Below are positions 39,537 through 51,652 of a DNA stretch of 64,000 nucleotides, piece after piece (within the stretch, counting starts at the first letter, position 1; each line of letters starts with the position of its first letter). The position numbers were made by a program, and so were the translations under genes. This DNA is from Saccostrea cucullata. Taxonomy: Eukaryota. The stretch spans positions 62,001 to 126,000 of the forward strand of contig NW_026919375.1 of assembly GCF_032062105.1 (NCBI RefSeq), given 5' to 3'. Below the pieces are notes generated by a model. The model was not told where the DNA came from. It did no database searches and saw nothing but the letters and a program-made list of their open reading frames with translations.

Positions 39537-41459
39537 TATTTTCTACGATTGAAAACGCTACATAAAATAATTCAGATTAAATCAGTTTTTCAGTAATAAA
39601 ACTATGTTTCAAAAGACATAGTTTAAAATTCAGTTGAAAAGAATGTTGGTAAGAAGCTACATAAAAATATAAGACGCTTGAAAAAAGTGATGTTGAATAT
39701 TAAAGACATTGAAATGTATTCTTTTTCCGATACCCCAGTACACGTGATTGGTTTAAGCATACACGACAGTATAATTGATTTGACAAAGAGCCTTGGTAGA
39801 GTATATTATCAGTAAGGTTCAGAACTTCGTCTTGGAATCATTTCTGGTTTACTTAAGATCATGCCAAAGCTCTGTCTCTAACATGTTTGTTGTAACGAAG
39901 TTTCAAATGATGGAAAAGGAACTGAATATCCTTTGTTACGTGGATAACGTGTCGGCCCGTGGCGATTAATTAAAGAAGATGTTATAAGGAAGATGAGAGA
40001 GATTTTTAAAATAACGCCCAATTAGCTATTAATTTAGTTTGACTGGAGAGACGTAGCCGCGATCTACCGGCAGATCTGTCGACACGCGAAAACCCGCCAC
40101 TGCCTGACTCAAGATGAAAGCTCGTCCTCTCACATCAACAGATAGGACCAATGTAAAAATAAAGACGTTTGATTTCTACAAGAGCGCGATATTTTCAAGT
40201 TAATGATTCCAATATGATAAAAGACATTTCTAAATTAGCATACATGACTTTTTCTCTTTTAAGTAAACCGAAATCTAAATATATGTTGATTGAAGTATTG
40301 TTAACCTAGTTATTATAGGTACAGCTGTTGAGTCAAGATCATTATATTATTTTTATAAAGTTAACACATCCCCTTGCAAAACTGTTCTAAAAAATTCTCT
40401 GATTTCACTGACTTTATGAAAAGGTTTCAATAAATACATAAAAGCATACAAGTCCAAGTTCTCTAGGTACTGAATTCAGTAAGCATTTTCAGTAAGCATT
40501 TTCAAAGCATGTATATCTACAAGAAGGATAAGATCTTTAATACTTTAAACTCTTTACTCTGTTGGACATTTCAACTCTTGAATTAATAAGTTTCTTCTAG
40601 ACACCATTTAGCTCTGTAAAAAGTATGAAATCCAAATGATCTGTGTCAACAACTTGTTTTTAACTTTCACAGATCTTGACCTTTAAATATATAAATATTA
40701 TAGTTCTAACCTTTGCACGCTCAATTTCATTGTTGTTAAGGATTTTTTTGCTTTAAATAAAGGTCGCATGACATTTACATGACTGTTTACAACTACGTTT
40801 GACGTTTAATTTGCACTCAATAAATCTGAGTCTGTCAAAACTTCGCTCCACTCAAAATTTTATATAATATACTAAAAACAATGCATGCTTACATTGTATG
40901 ACACATTATATCTTGTTAATGTAATTTGCAACTTGTTCAATTGCATTTTTTTCTTAACCTAAAGCTTTGTGCTGATATGAAACTTCAAAAATTTTATATT
41001 ACTTTTGCCTTTGATTTCCAATACATGTACTGCATACCCACATGCCAGTTTATGTACAATGCTGTACTTGTCCTATACAAATCCAAAAATCAAATACATA
41101 GATACATGTATGTTAGTACACTTTTTAATTCATTGATTCATCAGATAATTTTTATGGCGCCAAAGTCGACTGGAGATACTTGCATTAAACAATATTGAAC
41201 AAATTCCATACATCTGAATTCCGAGGTGGAAAATAATATTTTTTTCATAAGAAACATTTCTCTCCATGTCATGTTTTACCAAACACACTGCTCTGTAAAT
41301 TATGACATTTTGTTTTGACTGAACATTAAGAGCTTTTTTAACTGCAAATATAAAGAATCAATATACAAATCCAAACCACTTAATAGGTGTACACCTTCGT
41401 TATATGCCATTTTTTGTTCCAAACATGTTATGTTTGGCAAGATTTTGTAATCAGTTTAT

Positions 41460-42124
41460 GGTTTCGCCAAGGTCAACAACTCAACATGTCCAAAAATTTA
41501 TTTTTGTAATAGCTCCCTAACTATATGAGCTATAAAGTTAAAACTTTTACAGTTTATAAAGTTATCGTTGATTAACAGATAACAAGTATCACTTGACAAC
41601 AAATACCTAGTAAAAAATATTTATCGAGAATTTTTTTTTAATGCATATATATTTTAAAAATACACCTAATTAATTCCGTGCTTTTAGTGAAAGCCATCAT
41701 TGCAGAAACAAAAAATGTTTATCAATGAAGGGCAAGTTGGACTTCGATAGCCTCTGGTAAGTTGTTTTCCCTGTTTATTTTGTACAAATGTTATGATTTG
41801 AAACTGAAAGTACATTGCAAATGGCGGAGTTTATAGGGGCCTTGTCTTTATACATATCATGCTTTCAATAACGGCCTCTCAGAGATCATTCATGTCCAGC
41901 TTGCTCTTCATTGAAGCATGTGCATTTTTCTTTAAATATGCACATTTTTTGATACAATTTTTATAAAAAAAAATATCTTTTTAAAAATATTTGTTTCAAG
42001 TGATACTTTCTATCTGTTTATCAATAATATATTTATACACTTTAAAAGTTTTAACTTTATACCTCACATAGTTTTGGAGCTATTGCAAAAATAAATTTTT
42101 GGACATGTTTACCTTGACAAAACC
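41460..42124. mobile_element. Foldback element with ~190-bp inverted arms, Kolobok-like ends
   Basis: AACATGTCCAAAAATTTATTTTTGTAATAGCTCC..AAAGTTAAAACTTTTA..AAGTATCACTTGA mirrored at ~41990-42124; TTAT/TTAA flanks with GG..CC termini. Confidence 0.8.
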
Positions 42125-42798
42125 TTAAATGATAATTTTGCAAAATGTTCTTCCCGAGACAATGGACACAACTAAAATGACCTTTTATTTTGGCATTTAA
42201 ATTGATAAAAATTCAAATTGATAAAAATTGACTTCACGTCTCTATATTAATGGAAAGGTTAGAGTTTCTGAAGATATAAGTACCAATATCAATTATCATT
42301 TTTACGCAAATTAACGAGCCATTGTGACGTAATGTTCGCTTTTACTCTTCTTATTCAGCACACTGACTTTGCTTGTTGTCCTGAACCATCAGTCAAATCT
42401 CGTCCGACTTCCGGTAACAGCGCAAACCTTGTCGATTGTACCGAAACGCAGCAGAATTATTGCAGATCATCTCGTTAAAAACTTCCTTTCGGTAACAAAA
42501 TAAGGGGACAGAATAGAACTGAATTCTCATTAAATGTAGCAATGTTGATTATCTTCTCCATAAAAATATTTTTCTGTGTCAATACTTGTTATGAGTGCAG
42601 AATGAACCAACCGAATGCAAAGGTTTGTTTAACGTGAAAAAAAACAACGATAAATTCTATTGTATATATAGATGTACAGGTAAAGCACATCTTGCTGTAG
42701 TTCTCTTGCACTGGTCACATTTAAAAACTCAGAATCCAGAGTACAATATGATAATATATCATATTATTCATTTATTATACTTGTAACGTCCGTAACTT

Positions 42799-43196
42799 AC
42801 AGTGAATCCGGATAGGGCCATGCAGTTCACTATAGCACCATCGAGCATCGTCTGAAAGGTCGAAGGCGCGATAATGCAATGGCGCGATAAGAATGAAACA
42901 ATGGTGCGATAATGATGAAGCGATAGCGCGATGACGATGATGCGATAATGCCATGGCAATGGTGCGATAGCACGATACAGCGGCGATAGTCAATATTGCG
43001 TCAGTGCACTGTCGTCATCGCACTATCGTGCCATCGCTATCGCTTCATCGTACTATCGCACCATCGTCATCGCATTGTCGCGCCATGACTTCATCGTCAT
43101 CGCACCATCGCTTTATAGTCATCGCACTATTGAGCCAAACTTCGATGGTGCAGTGAGGCGATAGTGAACTGCATGGCCCTATCCGTATTCCATATT
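42799..43196. mobile_element. Foldback MITE filled with short GCGAT/ATCGC repeats
   Basis: 30-bp TIR GAATCCGGATAGGGCCATGCAGTTCACTAT (42804-42833) / ATAGTGAACTGCATGGCCCTATCCGTATTC (43161-43190), 29/30 match; left half is GCGAT-rich, right half ATCGC-rich. Confidence 0.88.
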
Positions 43197-43727
43197 ACAG
43201 GGAGGGGGCAGATTTACTGTTTTTGTTGCCATGTGTTAACGTTAAGCTTAAAAATATTCCAGGACCTTAATCTTAATAACTATTGTAAGACAATTATTAA
43301 TTGCAAAAACTTCATTCACAAATTTTCGGTTAAAAATCAATCCGCAGCAATTGATTTTTAGTACATCTATTTTGCAAATAAACTCCAAAACGCTTGCACC
43401 AGGGTTCATACTTTCTCCTCTAGGAATACACTAAGTATAAAGTGATGTCCGTAAACTATATTCAAGTTTCACTCGCATAGTAACTGTAAATTTAACTAAA
43501 AGTGTACTTTCATTTCGGTTAACAGCCTCGAAAAAGCAAAAACGATAGTACTAGTGCTGCGGTGTTTCCGATTTGAGGATCTAGGTTACAGATATTTGAA
43601 ATGAAAATGGCAACAATCAAGCGTTTAATAATTTCATAAAACCTCGTTAATGAATCATTTACATGTAAATCAGTCTGTATTTAAGTGAAATCCAAGAAAT
43701 AAGATGGGGTAATTGAAAGTTAGATGA

Positions 43728-44410
43728 TTATGCCCCCGTAAACGAAGTTTCAGGGGTATATAGTTTTTGTCGTGTCCGTCCGTCTCCCTGTCTCTCTGTC
43801 TGTCTCTCTGTCTCTCTGTTTGTCCGCAAAAACTTTAACCTTGCCCATAACTTTTGATTTAGTTGAGATATGACTTTCATATTTTATTTTTCTGACATAA
43901 CTTGCCAAATAAATTTTGAACTGTCATTTTTAAAACAAAAATTTTAAACTATATTTTTTGGCCATATCTTTTGACGTCAAGAGCAGGACATTTATACTTC
44001 ACATATGTAATGTTTGTTGAGATATTCATGCTTATTCGTGAAAAAACTTTAACCTTGGCTATAACTTTTGAACTAAAAATGTATACTTTATATATGTCAT
44101 CCTTGTGAGAAAATATACTTTTACATTTTATTTTGTAAAAAAGAATGACCATAAATTTTAAAGGGTTAAGGAAATTACATATTGGAAATGTAAATATTGC
44201 TAACAAGAAAATTTGACCCTTTGACCTTAACCTTAGGTTTTACAAAAAAAAATTTTTTAAATGAAAATGGCAACAATCATGCGTTTAATAATTTCATAAA
44301 ACCTCGTTAATGAATCATTTAAATCAGTCTGTATTTAAGTGAAATCTTTTGGAAATAAATTTATTTGCATTTAAGAAAATTGAAATTTAGAGTGTTTCAC
44401 AAACACATTT
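43728..44410 (+). mobile_element. TGACCTTGA-family Helentron-like element, rearranged
   Basis: TTATGCCCCCGTAAACGAAGTTTCAGGGGTATA, GTCC/GTCT microsatellite, AAAACTTTAACCTTG units, 3' GTGTTTCACAAACAC hairpin. Confidence 0.7.
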
Positions 44411-45244
44411 AATTTCTCGATCATATCTATGTGGGATTTTGAAGAAAAATCTTCATGCCATAACCTTTATATTAACGGTCAGTTAATGGAGCCGACTGGG
44501 GTTTTATACATGTGAAAACTACAATATTTAGATAAACTCTTTATTTTTATATCATATATATTTTACATTGACTTCAGTGTACATTCAAGTTTGGGGAAAA
44601 TCTACCGTTCAGGTATTTTTAAGGGACTGTCTCAAAATACAGGTACATTTACTATAGGATGCACAGGAAAGTGCCATTTTTCGCACTTTAAAGCAAATTA
44701 TACAAATACTACAATAGACTTTTTGCTCAAACTATAATATATGATGAGTAATACTATACTGTACATATTAAGTAAGAAACAAATTTCTACCGTCTTGTTT
44801 CCAGAGGGGGCATCTCAAAATGCCAAAATTAAATTGTTTTGAAATCAGTTTTATGAAATTGTAATTTAATTTTAAAACCTGTAATTTCTAACTTTTGTTA
44901 ATCTTTTTTTTAATTTAATGAAAAATATTGCTTTAAAACTGTAAATACACTTCATTTTACCATGATGCGCGAAATATTGCGCAATGGAAAACCTAATCCG
45001 CCCCCTTAAAACTATATGATAGTTTCTGGATTAAATCTGTCAGCAGTGAAAAAAAATATATACCTCGCGCTTGTGCGGGATTTCAACTAGTTCTATAGAA
45101 ATAGATTATAAAGAGTCCGAGGCGAAATTTTTTTTGCAGGCATGCTATAAAAGTTAGTTTGCAGTATCAAGGTAGAAACAGGTACATGTATCTGGTCTTT
45201 TTCAGGTTAACTTTTGATGTCTCATTGGGCTTAAATTCCGATCA

Positions 45245-45395
45245 GCACACGATAGTGTCAACAAGGCATGTTTGCTTCTCCATTACACCTGATCCCACCT
45301 GTAATGTTTATAAAGGCCCCCTTCTGCTCTGCTCAAAATTTTTGTTATTCTGATGGATTTTTAAAATTTATAACTGTGTGTTAACTTCATATTTC
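45245..45395 (+). mobile_element. Family S repeat copy, degenerate
   Basis: CACCTGATCCCACCTGTAATG..TGCTCTGCTC..CTTCATATTTC. Confidence 0.55.
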
Positions 45396-46904
45396 TACTA
45401 AAATACAATTTAAACCACTCACCAAAGATGCAACTTAAGGTAATCATACTTTGTAGAATTGTTTAATGCTAGTAATTTACAGAAGACTGCAGTAAAAACA
45501 TATATCCATCATCCATCAATCAGAATTAAACTGACCGGATATTAACGGATGATTATGTTGTAAGGTGAATATGGAGTCTTGATTATTGAGTCTTTAATGT
45601 TAGAGGTTTTTATGTGGTCCTGTGTTAATGAGCCAGTCATATTTATCTTGAACGGTACAATGCGATATATATTATAATTAATCAAGCATGATATCTTCCA
45701 TCAATCGAGCATGCGGTACACTTAAAACTATAATCCATAAATCACGGACAGTCACCTCATCAACTCATGCATCATTTTCTTTTGAGCTGAGAGTGAAAAG
45801 ATCCTTTACATATAAAATCATTCAAACTCAGTTCTTAATCTCTTTATTAAAGAACGTAAACCGTTATCTATAGAATCTACATTTTGTAAAATTTTGCTGT
45901 TATGATAAATCTCCATTACTTTATATTTTATATTGCTGAACAAAAGGTAAAAAATTCGTAAAAACAGCAAAAATCGATGATCATGATGATACGTGATCTG
46001 TTTGGATTTATGATATTTTTTTGTAATAATTATTGTCAATACACGTTTTTAAATGCCCATGCCTGATAAACAGATTGCAAACTGTGTATCAAATTAAAGT
46101 CTTGGATTGTACATGTATAATCAATGAACACAACATATACATGTAATTAAATGTTAATGGTTTTCAAGAAAATTAATTTACTTTGCTATGGATATAAAGT
46201 TTTGATTTAGCTCACCAAAGTCTAAATCACGCTAAAAATTGAAAGTTAGCAGATGGATTTCCATTATTTCTAATGAAACCAAAAGGTTTATCGTTTTACA
46301 TTCGATACTTAATGGACGAAAAAGAAATTCAATATGTATAGTTTTTTGCATAAGAAGGCAGTGTAATGAAATAAATGTCATCAAATGTCGTCCAGAATTA
46401 AACTGAGTATAGGTTTTAAGCAATATCATTATACTTTTTAACCACCTCGCCTCGCAGCACTACCTGTCTCATTAATGATAAAAATTACAGAAGCCAGGGA
46501 CAATTCACCGCTCAGCAATCACTGATAATTACAGATACTCGCCGATTGTTGGAGTCTAAACCGGAAGATATCGTCACTACAACCGGAAGCGAAACAAAAC
46601 GGGTGACTTTGATGAAAAGTTCGATTCAGCCATCTTGACTAAATGGTAGACAACTTGTCTCCACAAAAAGTGTTGTTCGCCTGAGGTCAACTACAACCAA
46701 AACTAATGCTCGACAAACTCCCAATTATGAGATAAATAATTGTTTCCTCCCCATTTCCATGCTTATCCTTTAACCAGGACACTAAAGGTACATACATTGC
46801 AGCTGTATTTTTTCATGGAATACGTGTCACATAATTTACATCTGTATTCCACAGAGTGGACAAAACTTTACATCGTTTACATTTAGACAGATAAGCTTAT
46901 TCTG

Positions 46905-47025
46905 ATTTGTTTGTTTGATTGTATGTTTATTTACGTCATTCATATAGAGACGTCACCTTATACCGGTGAAGGTATAAATCTATACATAGCACTTTTGGCC
47001 ATTACACAGTGAGAGTTCTTTCATC
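46905..47025 (-). mobile_element. 3' fragment of a probable SINE
   Basis: (TTTG)n tail followed by CATATAGAGACGTCACC..ACCGGTGAAGG..GGCCATT..CAGTGAG.GTTCTTT resembles a common oyster SINE (recalled, not verified). A likely internal fragment lies at ~5945-6040. Confidence 0.5.
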
Positions 47026-48001
47026 GGGCAAATATCATCAGTAATGAGCTATTTGTACAATGCACGTCCATTTCTAAAGGCGTAAATTAAAATTCATTAA
47101 TAGATAAAAATTAAAAATACAGTCATTCATATATGTGTATATGCATATAACGCATGCATTATTCATCATGTTTAAATTTTTCATGTTATAATTTAAATTA
47201 CTTTTTTTATTTTAAATACCTCAAATGAAAAGAAAATGTCAGTATAAACAAGAAAGATTGACTTGCAACTCTCTCTCTCTCTCTCTCCCGTACCAATCAC
47301 CACCTGTCCTTGATAACGACACCAAAGACAACGTCAGTAAATCAAGTTTGATGCAGACGAGACTTTTTTAAACAAAAAAGTGTCACATGAGCATTGAGAA
47401 ACGTTCTTGAGATTTGTACTACGCATGTAAGCCGCTAGTGATTGATATTTTCATAGATTGGCTTGATTACAATGAGCTAAGTATTCAAAAGCTTCATGAC
47501 ACTTTTTGCAGTGTGTTTTAAAGCAACATGGCGTCGATCCCTCTACATCAGGTGGTACTGTCATTGTAACAGAGGACTGAGAGCAAGTAATATACCCACT
47601 TCTCCCTAATACAATAGCATTTAGTAATTAGTTTTGTCTTGTTTGTTCTTTACAAAAACACTCCTGGGTGTCGTTTTTCAGTAACTCAATTATCACAGAA
47701 TGTCTTTGTGCAGTTTACAGCTGGTCTACGCCATATTAATTGAACTCTCTTGTTTAGAGATTTAATACTGAACGAGTGCTAAATTTTACACGGACATTCG
47801 TACTTTTCCATTTTCTTTCAAAATGTAATTTTCTTGGTAAATGAAACTTTTGTTTAAATGTTGTATATGGTGTATGGTGTCTCTGCAGCTTATCTGGCGC
47901 CCTAGACATCGACCTTGTGGAATCCGGATTACTAGATTCCGGAATTATAGGCATCTACCTTGTGAAATCCGGATTAAAAGATTTGTAAAAGCAAAACATA
48001 C

Positions 48002-48430
48002 CTGCATTTTCCCTCCCTATGTCAGTTGTCATCCTATCTAAAAATTCTTCAACCTTTTCAAACTTGGCGTATTCCGGATTACTCGGCATCCCATAATGCA
48101 CTCCGTCGGCGACGATGTGACAGTACTTGTTTGTGATGTAATCTTGTCCGTTTGGGTTGTAGATGATTTTAGTCTTGGACCACCGATACTCGTGCAAAAC
48201 AGCCATTAACATGAGAACTAATGAATTCACACTGGACCCAACCCTGGTCATCAGACGAAATTCCGAGTTCTTTAAGCGAGCGAAGTCACTGGCCATGGCG
48301 CCTGGGGTTATCATTGGGAGGTTCCAGTACTTTATCTGGCGGACAATCGGGGCAGCGGCGTAGTCACAGCAGGGACCGAGGAACAGGTGAACCTCCCTGT
48401 CCACGTAAAACTGTATAGCTTCCTTCATAC
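48002..48430 (-). CDS. NPR3-like: Natriuretic peptide receptor-like, module A, second coding exon
   Basis: Acceptor ctttcgtcAG|GT ATG joins in phase 1 to give CSIEV-G-MKEAIQF. Contains LFLGPCCDYAAAPIVRQIKYWNLPMITPGAMASDF...LMTRV, the ANF_receptor hallmark (cf. NPR3 [30 protein letters not shown]). Donor GCAG|GTATGT after 48002 (429 nt, phase 1). Confidence 0.92.
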
Positions 48431-48697
48431 CTGACGAAAGGAGACCAAAAATGTAATATTGTTAAATTAATTAGAAACAAGTTGTGTTTATGAGTCACTG
48501 ATGCCCCCGTATTAAATGACTAGAGTAAAAAAATTGAAATGCAAGTCAAATCCGAGGTCAAGATCAAAGAGTCAAAATTTTAAGATATCCAGAGAAAAGG
48601 CTTTGTCACAAAGGAAACGTACATCAAAGTCAAATACATGTACATGAATGTGAAGTACGAAGTCATTGCCTCTGTAATAGTTCAAAAACGAAAAAAA

Positions 48698-49018
48698 GGT
48701 CAATAATGTTTGTATATCAGGGAGGGTCTCCAGGTCAATAATGTTTGTATATCAGGGAGGGTCTCCAGGTCAATAATATTTGTATATCAAGGAGGGTCTC
48801 CAGGTCAATAATGTTTGTATATCAGGGAGGGTCTCCAGGTCAATAATGTTTGTATATCATGGAGGGTCCCCAGGTCAATAATGTTTGTTTATCAGGGAGG
48901 GTCTCCAGGTCAATAATGTTTGTATATCAGGGAGGGTCTCCAGGTCAATAATGTTTGTACATGTTTATCAGGGAGAGTTTCCAGGTCAACAATGTTTGTA
49001 TATCAGGGAGGGTCTCCA
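48698..49018. repeat. 35-bp minisatellite, 9 copies
   Basis: Unit GGTCAATAATGTTTGTATATCAGGGAGGGTCTCCA; 9x35 plus one 6-bp insertion = 321 bp. Confidence 0.95.
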
Positions 49019-49172
49019 GCATTGAAGGTTTTTCTTTCAAAAATAGGTTAAATTACAAGGTCAAGATGTTAAAAATGTTTAATTTAAGAGATTTATTCAC
49101 AGAATAAACACATGAAAGCACATGAAAGCACTAGAAAAAATCATTTAAATGAATGGCCAAGATTTAAGTTTG

Positions 49173-49950
49173 TTTTTAGCTCTATTGGTCAGAGACCAGA
49201 AGAGCTTATGCGATAGTAATGCGTCCGTCTGTCTGTCTGTCTGTCTGTCCGTCTGTCTGTAAACAATTTTTTAGAATGCTACTCCTCCTACAGTTTTGGT
49301 CTGATTTCAATATAACTTGGCACACAAGTAGACCACACTAAGATACATAATTCTGTGTATCGGTTTTTGATTTCAATGAACATGTTGCCGTTGTTACTAA
49401 AAATAGAAATTTTTGTGAAATTCTTTCAAAATACTACTCCTCCTACAGTTTTGGTCCGTTTTCAATATAACTTGGCACACAAGTAGACTACACTAAGATA
49501 CATAATTCTGTATATCGGTTTTTGATTTCGATGAACGGTGTTGCCGTTGTTACTAAAAATAGAAATTTTTGTGAAATTCTTTCAAAATACTACTCCTCCT
49601 ACAGTTTTGGTCCGATTTCAATATAACTTGGCACACAAGTAGACTACACTAAGATACATAATTCTATTTATTGGTTTTTGATTTCGATGAAAGGTGTTGC
49701 TGTGGTTATTAAAAATAGAAATTTCTGTTAAATACTCTCTAAATGCTGCTCCAAATAGTTTTAGTCTGATTTTAATATAATGTGGCATGCAAGTAGACTA
49801 CACTAAGAACATAGGAGACTTATAATCAAGGATCATTATTCAATTTATTGCTGTTGTAAAGTTTCAAATTGCAACTACTTAAGTACTTTTCTCTTCTTTT
49901 GCTATAAGTACAAACCAGTAGAGCTTCAGTCTCGACAGAGACTTCTGGTT
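49173..49950 (+). mobile_element. Helentron/DINE-like element with ~155-bp tandem repeats (nested)
   Basis: TTTTTAGCTCTATTGGTCAGAGACCAGAAGAGCT, (GTCT)n, CTACTCCTCCTACAG units at ~49279, 49433, 49590 and (degenerate) 49746; 3' AGAGCT, hairpin AGTCTCGACAGAGACT, then CTGGTT. Confidence 0.85.
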
Positions 49951-50005
49951 TTAATAAAAGGTTAAACTCAAGTTTCGACTCCAAGGTCAAATAATATAAT
50001 GTTAA

Positions 50006-50901
50006 GGTAGGATTCTTCTCTGGTTCCTGACTAGATGAAACATTCAAAGCATATTTGCTTATATGTCTTACATATTGACGTGTAAGGACTTTAAAAGACC
50101 ATACTTTTCTTTCCTCATCACAATTGTATAACTTTAAATAGAAATGGTAAAATGTGTTTGAAAACTAGCAGGTACTATATTTTTGGCGGAATGGTGGCGT
50201 ATGAAAATATCTTCTTTTCTGTCTCTCAAAATTATAATAGAACAATGAATTTAGTTATAATTTTTACACAATCAAAGACTTGGAGAAATTTTCAAATGTA
50301 AGTTAGATTAATAATGAGGGACTAAACTTTCAAAATATATCAATTAAATATGATTTTTCAAATAAACTAGAACTTTATTAGCTTTTGCTATTAAAGTGCA
50401 GAAGCCAAAAATCCATAAAAAGTATTTTTTCTCTATTAATAAAGGATCAAAACTTTTTGTTTTTGTATCATTTTGTACATTTATAAGACTACTTTATTAT
50501 ATGTGAAAATAAGAAAAAGTTAAATATAGGAAGCATATGAAAATAACTAATATATCCTAAAGAAAAACAGAGAAAATTCGGATTAGCCAATATCCAGTTA
50601 AGTTTAATTATTTATGTAAATTTGGTAACATCATGCTATAGACCCGATATAGTAATATGTTTTTATGCAAAAAGAACAATCATTAAACTCTTGAAAAAGA
50701 AGTAGGTATCACATGATTGGCAACAGTTATTTTTTATTTTTAATGTCAAGGAGAAAAATAATGACCTTGACCTGACCTTGCCTCTAATATAAAGCGGTCA
50801 AATTTAATTTCACTGATACTATCACTTACTGATATTGTCTTCTTGATTCTGTGAAAATTTCATTAATTTCTAAATATTAGAAATATGAGAAGAATCCTAC
50901 C
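50006..50901. mobile_element. Kolobok-like MITE with TTAA target duplication (nested)
   Basis: TTAA|GGTAGGATTCTTCTC ... GAGAAGAATCCTACC|TTAA, a perfect 15-bp TIR. Confidence 0.88.
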
Positions 50902-51652
50902 TTAAACCCTGTATAAGAATCTTTTCGCAAAGAAAGCATGAAAACATAAAAACTCTAACCAATCAATTTTTATGGGAAAGATTCAAGTTTTTGCGGACAA
51001 ATAGCTAAACAGACAGACAGACAGATGAATTGACAGACAAAAATCATATGCCCCCGAATCTTGGATTACAGGGGAATAATAACGAGGCCTTACAAAGCTT
51101 ATCGACAAATTATTACTATCATTATTAGAAATATGGAACAGGACATCCTGTACTTTGTTTTACTAGGCAAGGAAATAAGATTTTTTTTTCTTTCTAACTG
51201 CGGTTGATTTGTTAATTTTATCCCACTAAGCAATCGCTTTTGATGTTCTGTGTTATCTTATTAAAAACATTGATATATGTTTTACTTTCAGCTTTCTAAG
51301 TATCTGATCTGTTTTTTCAAAATAAGCTTTAAATTCAGTCACGCAAATACAGCTTCTTAAGTTTATATACTATTTTAATTTGTAAGATAACATAGTCAGA
51401 TATCACTTTGTTAAGCACGCATTCATTATAAAACACGATTTTTTTTTATTAAGGACGCTGATCATTCGGTCAGAAACAATGAGTTTTGAGTTCATCATAT
51501 TAGAGACTCAGTTTTAAAATGAAGTTTGAAATTGAATCTCTTCGTGCCACAATATCCATTTCTACTTATTAATAATACGATCCGAGACAGTTCGAAATAT
51601 CTGAAACCGTCGTGTAACAAGTTAATAGAATTATTGAACACGTCAAAATAAG

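Larger units (their letters stand above)
48476..51081 (-). mobile_element. TGACCTTGA-family Helentron-like element hosting a minisatellite and two nested insertions
   Basis: Left end AACAAGTTGTGTTTATGAGTCACTGATGCCCCCG; right end (CAGA)n..ATGCCCCCGAATCTTGGATTACAGGGGGAATAA; AGGTCA-type units resume between the inserts. Confidence 0.75.

Noticed and set aside
47520-47580. Acceptor-like CTCTCAG followed in phase by V-L-C-Y-N-D-S-T-T-stop, just downstream of module A
   Set aside because: Similarity is limited to three residues and it stops immediately; not credible as the next NPR exon.
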